Positions 61,224 to 64,000 of a stretch of 64,000 nucleotides of DNA are shown piece by piece. A program made the position numbers and the translations under genes. Numbering within the stretch: position 1 is the stretch's first letter; each line of letters begins with the position of its first letter. Source of the DNA: Acidimicrobiia bacterium (GTDB taxonomy: Bacteria > Actinomycetota > Acidimicrobiia > Acidimicrobiales > Bin134). The stretch covers positions 23,247-87,246 of the forward strand of contig VYCQ01000014.1 of the NCBI GenBank assembly GCA_009843865.1, written 5' to 3'. Under the pieces are notes generated by a model. That model was not told where the DNA came from and made no database searches. It was given only the letters and a program-made list of their open reading frames with translations.

Positions 61224-62855
61224 TCACACCCCAGCAGGGCCTTTTGCTACTTCCTCAAGAAATGCGGCGTTGTTGGGAAAGGTTCGCAAGCGATCCATCA
61301 GCAGTTCTAAGCCAGCCGCCCCACCTCCGTCACCATCACTAGACAGCCCGTTTAAAACCCGACGCAACTTCCACACCTGTTGAAGCTGAGGGCGCTCAAA
61401 CAGCAACTCTTCATGGCGAGTAGAAGAGGCATCTACATTTATAGCAGGATAGATGCGTCGCTCGGCGATGTGACGATCCAAACGCAACTCCATGTTGCCG
61501 GTACCTTTGAACTCCTCAAAAATCACTTCGTCCATACGCGAGCCGGTTTCCACCAAAGCCGTAGCCAAGATGGTCAGCGAACCACCTTCTTCCACATTGC
61601 GGGCTGCGCCGAAAAACTTTTTAGGAGGGTACAAAGCCCCTGTGTCAATACCGCCAGACATGATGCGCCCTGTAGCTGGGGCGGCCAAGTTATATGCCCG
61701 CGAAAGCCTAGTGATACCGTCCAACACTATTACAACGTCTTCGCCTCGCTCGACCATGCGCTTAGCGCGCTCAATGATCATTTCCGCCACATGAGTATGC
61801 TCTTCTGCGGGACGATCAAAGGTTGATGCAGCCACCTCACCTTGCAACAACCAACGACGCATGTCGGTAACCTCTTCGGGACGCTCATCTACCAGCAACA
61901 CCAACAGACGAACCTCGGGGTTGTTCAACTCAATCGAACGCACAATCTCCTTCATGATGGTGGTCTTACCCGCCTTAGGAGGCGACACAATCAACCCACG
62001 CTGCCCTTTGCCAATAGGCGACAACAGATCAATAATGCGGCAAGTCATGTTGGTAGGATCGTCGTGGCGCTCCAACCTCAGCTTCTGATCGGGGAAAAGG
62101 GGGGTGAGGTCTTCAAACTTAGGCCGCTGCTTAACTGAATCTGAAGGCTGCTCGTTAACGGTATCAATATGCAGCAACGCAGGGTTCTTCTCATTCCGAG
62201 AAGCGGGTCGATAACCCCCGGTTAGATAATCGCCCTTGCGCAAACCAAATTGGCGCACCTGCTTTACCGATACATAGGCATCTTCCTTACTAGGTTGCAA
62301 ACCCTTAGTGCGTAAAAAGCCATACCCGTCATCCCGCAAATCCAAACAACCAGCAATAGGGATGGGATCACCCTCCCAGGGCTCATCGGAATGCTCGCGA
62401 TCACGGCCACGACCCCTACGGCGACGTCGGTTACCCACCTCTGGCAGATCTTCTTGGCGACTCCTATCGCTGCGCTCACGCCCTTGATGCCCTCGCTCAG
62501 AACGCTCCCTATCACGATCCTTATCAGCACGTTCCGTACGATCCCTGTTTCTGCCAACAGGCTCTTGGTCTGCTAAATCTGGTGCGTCTTGCGTTTGCGT
62601 CACCACCTTGGATTCTTCAAATGCCTCAACAGATTCCTCAACATCCTTGACATGCGCTGCGCCATTAGCCTTAGATGACGTTGCGGTGGCCTCGCCCTCA
62701 GCAATACCAGCTAGCTCTAAAATCATATCTACGATGTCGGCCTTGCGAGCCTTGGCATCAGACCTAGCCCCCATAGCCGTAGCGATAATTTGCAACTGAG
62801 CTCGATCCTTACGTTGTAATTTGGATCGAGACAACTCAGTGGTCTCTACGCTCAC
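61224..62855 (-). CDS. rho: transcription termination factor Rho with R/D/E-rich N-terminal insertion
   Basis: GLIVSPPKAGKT (Walker A) and an RNA-binding domain (GFLR). The insertion reads RNRDRTERADKDRDRERSERGHQGRERSDRSRQ...RRRRRGRGRDRE. GTG 62855 with an AGGGAG SD is preferred over TTG 62894. Confidence 0.92.
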   Translation of the reverse strand: MSVETTELSRSKLQRKDRAQLQIIATAMGARSDAKARKADIVDMILELAGIAEGEATATSSKANGAAHVKDVEESVEAFEESKVVTQTQDAPDLADQEPVGRNRDRTERADKDRDRERSERGHQGRERSDRSRQEDLPEVGNRRRRRGRGRDREHSDEPWEGDPIPIAGCLDLRDDGYGFLRTKGLQPSKEDAYVSVKQVRQFGLRKGDYLTGGYRPASRNEKNPALLHIDTVNEQPSDSVKQRPKFEDLTPLFPDQKLRLERHDDPTNMTCRIIDLLSPIGKGQRGLIVSPPKAGKTTIMKEIVRSIELNNPEVRLLVLLVDERPEEVTDMRRWLLQGEVAASTFDRPAEEHTHVAEMIIERAKRMVERGEDVVIVLDGITRLSRAYNLAAPATGRIMSGGIDTGALYPPKKFFGAARNVEEGGSLTILATALVETGSRMDEVIFEEFKGTGNMELRLDRHIAERRIYPAINVDASSTRHEELLFERPQLQQVWKLRRVLNGLSSDGDGGGAAGLELLMDRLRTFPNNAAFLEEVAKGPAGV

Positions 62856-62966
62856 AATTCTCCCTTGCAGTGCCACAAATGAAGCTGCACTCAATATCAG
62901 TTAACAGCGTCGCCCACCCATGTGAGCAACCAATTGGGACAGCCATTTACCACTGGGACGCTAATG

Positions 62967-63033
62967 CTGTATTACCTAACTAGGCATTACTACCTAACTA
63001 AGCATTATTACCTAGCTAGGCATTACCTAGCTA
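62967..63033. repeat. imperfect 15-18-bp tandem repeat (about 4 units) in the rho upstream region
   Basis: Units are tgtattacctaactag / gcattactacctaactaa / gcattattacctagctag / gcattacctagctag. The array contains the 12-bp palindrome GCCTAGCTAGGC. Confidence 0.85.
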
Positions 63034-63190
63034 GACCGCGTGGCCAACAAGCCCCCCGAAGGACTGCTAAACAATGCACAGCCCTAACAGCATTTAATCT
63101 ACTGTAACCGATACCCAATAGCAACATCACAGCAATCTTTAATAACAATCTTTATAAGGATCAACACCTCTCCTACTAATTCAAGTCTCA

Positions 63191-64000
63191 CTAGTTCAAG
63201 AACCTTGCCATCAGCTGATGGCCTAGCACTAACTCAGCGCCAGCTGCCCCCCGCTCTGTGTAGACCCCTCCAGGGCCATCGGTTTCGGAATCCACCATAA
63301 GGTAAGGCACCGGATCATCTGTGTGGCCTCGCAGGGTTAACGGCGTGGCATGATCGGGCAATAAAAGCAACTTCCAAGGCCCCATCTGATCTAATCCCGC
63401 AACTAAGCCGGTCAAGATGCGCTTGTCCCAGTTCTCCAAACAGCGCACCTTCTCTGCCACATTGCCCTCATGTCCAGCCTCGTCACTAGCCTCTACATGA
63501 ATCACGTACAGGTCGGCCCCGTCACGTAACCCTGCTAGAGCAGCGTCCCGCTTACCTTCGTAGTTGGTGTCGTACCAGCCTGTTGCCCCGACCACCTCAG
63601 TCACCGTCATAGCTGTCAACACGCCAATGCCTCGCACCAAATCCACTGCGGTGACCATGCCAGCACGCACCCCGTGCATGTCCCAAAACGAAGGCATCTC
63701 GGGCTGAAATCCTTGCCCCCACAACCAAATACGATTGGCCTTCAATCCAAAGCGACAAACAATGGGGCTTGCGGCCTCTGCTAAAGCAGTGAGCTTGGCT
63801 CCTGCTGGACCAACAGGGCCCACCAAAGGTTGATCTGAAATCTCATGAGGCGGCGTACACTCCGCATCGGCCCATGAAGCGGGGGCCACCATTGTGTGGC
63901 GATACTGAACCCCCGGATGAAAGCTCACCTCCCCACCCAACTCCTTATCTAAAGCGCGAATAACCTCAGCGGCACTTTGCGAATCTGGGTGGCCACCTGC
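63191..64000 (-). CDS. apgM: cofactor-independent phosphoglycerate mutase, archaeal-type (ApgM family), N-terminus outside window
   Basis: HVEASDEAGHEGN and LLLPDHATP....HT.DPVPY. The frame stays open to position 64000. Confidence 0.8.
   Translation of the reverse strand, partial: AGGHPDSQSAAEVIRALDKELGGEVSFHPGVQYRHTMVAPASWADAECTPPHEISDQPLVGPVGPAGAKLTALAEAASPIVCRFGLKANRIWLWGQGFQPEMPSFWDMHGVRAGMVTAVDLVRGIGVLTAMTVTEVVGATGWYDTNYEGKRDAALAGLRDGADLYVIHVEASDEAGHEGNVAEKVRCLENWDKRILTGLVAGLDQMGPWKLLLLPDHATPLTLRGHTDDPVPYLMVDSETDGPGGVYTERGAAGAELVLGHQLMARFLN

Noticed and set aside
62967-63033. CRISPR array
   Set aside because: The units are 15-18 bp, directly abutting with no spacers, and no cas genes are present. 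No other CRISPR-like array was seen in the window.

Overview
The window is a 64-kb chromosomal segment of roughly 55-60% GC. The RD-rich insertion in Rho, the Rpf-like transglycosylase domains, the fused his-trp supraoperon, the mnmA/cysteine-desulfurase pair and PPK2 suggest an actinobacterium, possibly Acidimicrobiia-like; this is inference only. The window splits in two at tRNA-Leu(CAA), 23616-23702, minus strand. LEFT (1-23.6 kb) is accessory and mosaic. It holds many small toxin-antitoxin modules, several visibly decayed by in-frame stops, a frameshift or truncation. A few ordinary genes lie among them: a secreted Rpf-like protein, PPK2, a Zn-ADH and an AAA/DUF4143 ATPase. From about 8.1 to 23.1 kb there is a defence island with these parts: a GIY-YIG nuclease pseudogene; an HKD/PLD nuclease; an AT-rich orphan reverse transcriptase with a hairpin-rich upstream leader; a complete Type I R-M operon (hsdM-hsdS-hsdR); a second paralogous HKD/PLD nuclease; ParE/RHH and MNT/HEPN modules; and a very AT-rich two-gene cassette (zinc-ribbon protein plus PD-(D/E)xK-like protein) next to the tRNA. 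No integrase, transposase or CRISPR array was found. RIGHT (23.9-64 kb) is core and mostly minus-strand: fabD-fabH-fabG-acpP-fabF, fabZ, hup, hisDCBHAFI-trpE-ygfZ-trpFBA, mnmA, cysteine desulfurase, SRPBCC, rhomboid, Nfu, murA, glpX, an SDR, the full F1Fo ATP synthase operon, a GT4 transferase, glyA, rpiB, tsaC, prmC, prfA, rpmE, rho and a partial apgM. The best candidates for something new are (1) the RT with its upstream structured RNA, (2) the zinc-ribbon plus PD-(D/E)xK cassette, and (3) the paralogous HKD nucleases that bracket the RT and Type I R-M block. All family calls come from reading motifs in the translations; no database search was run.
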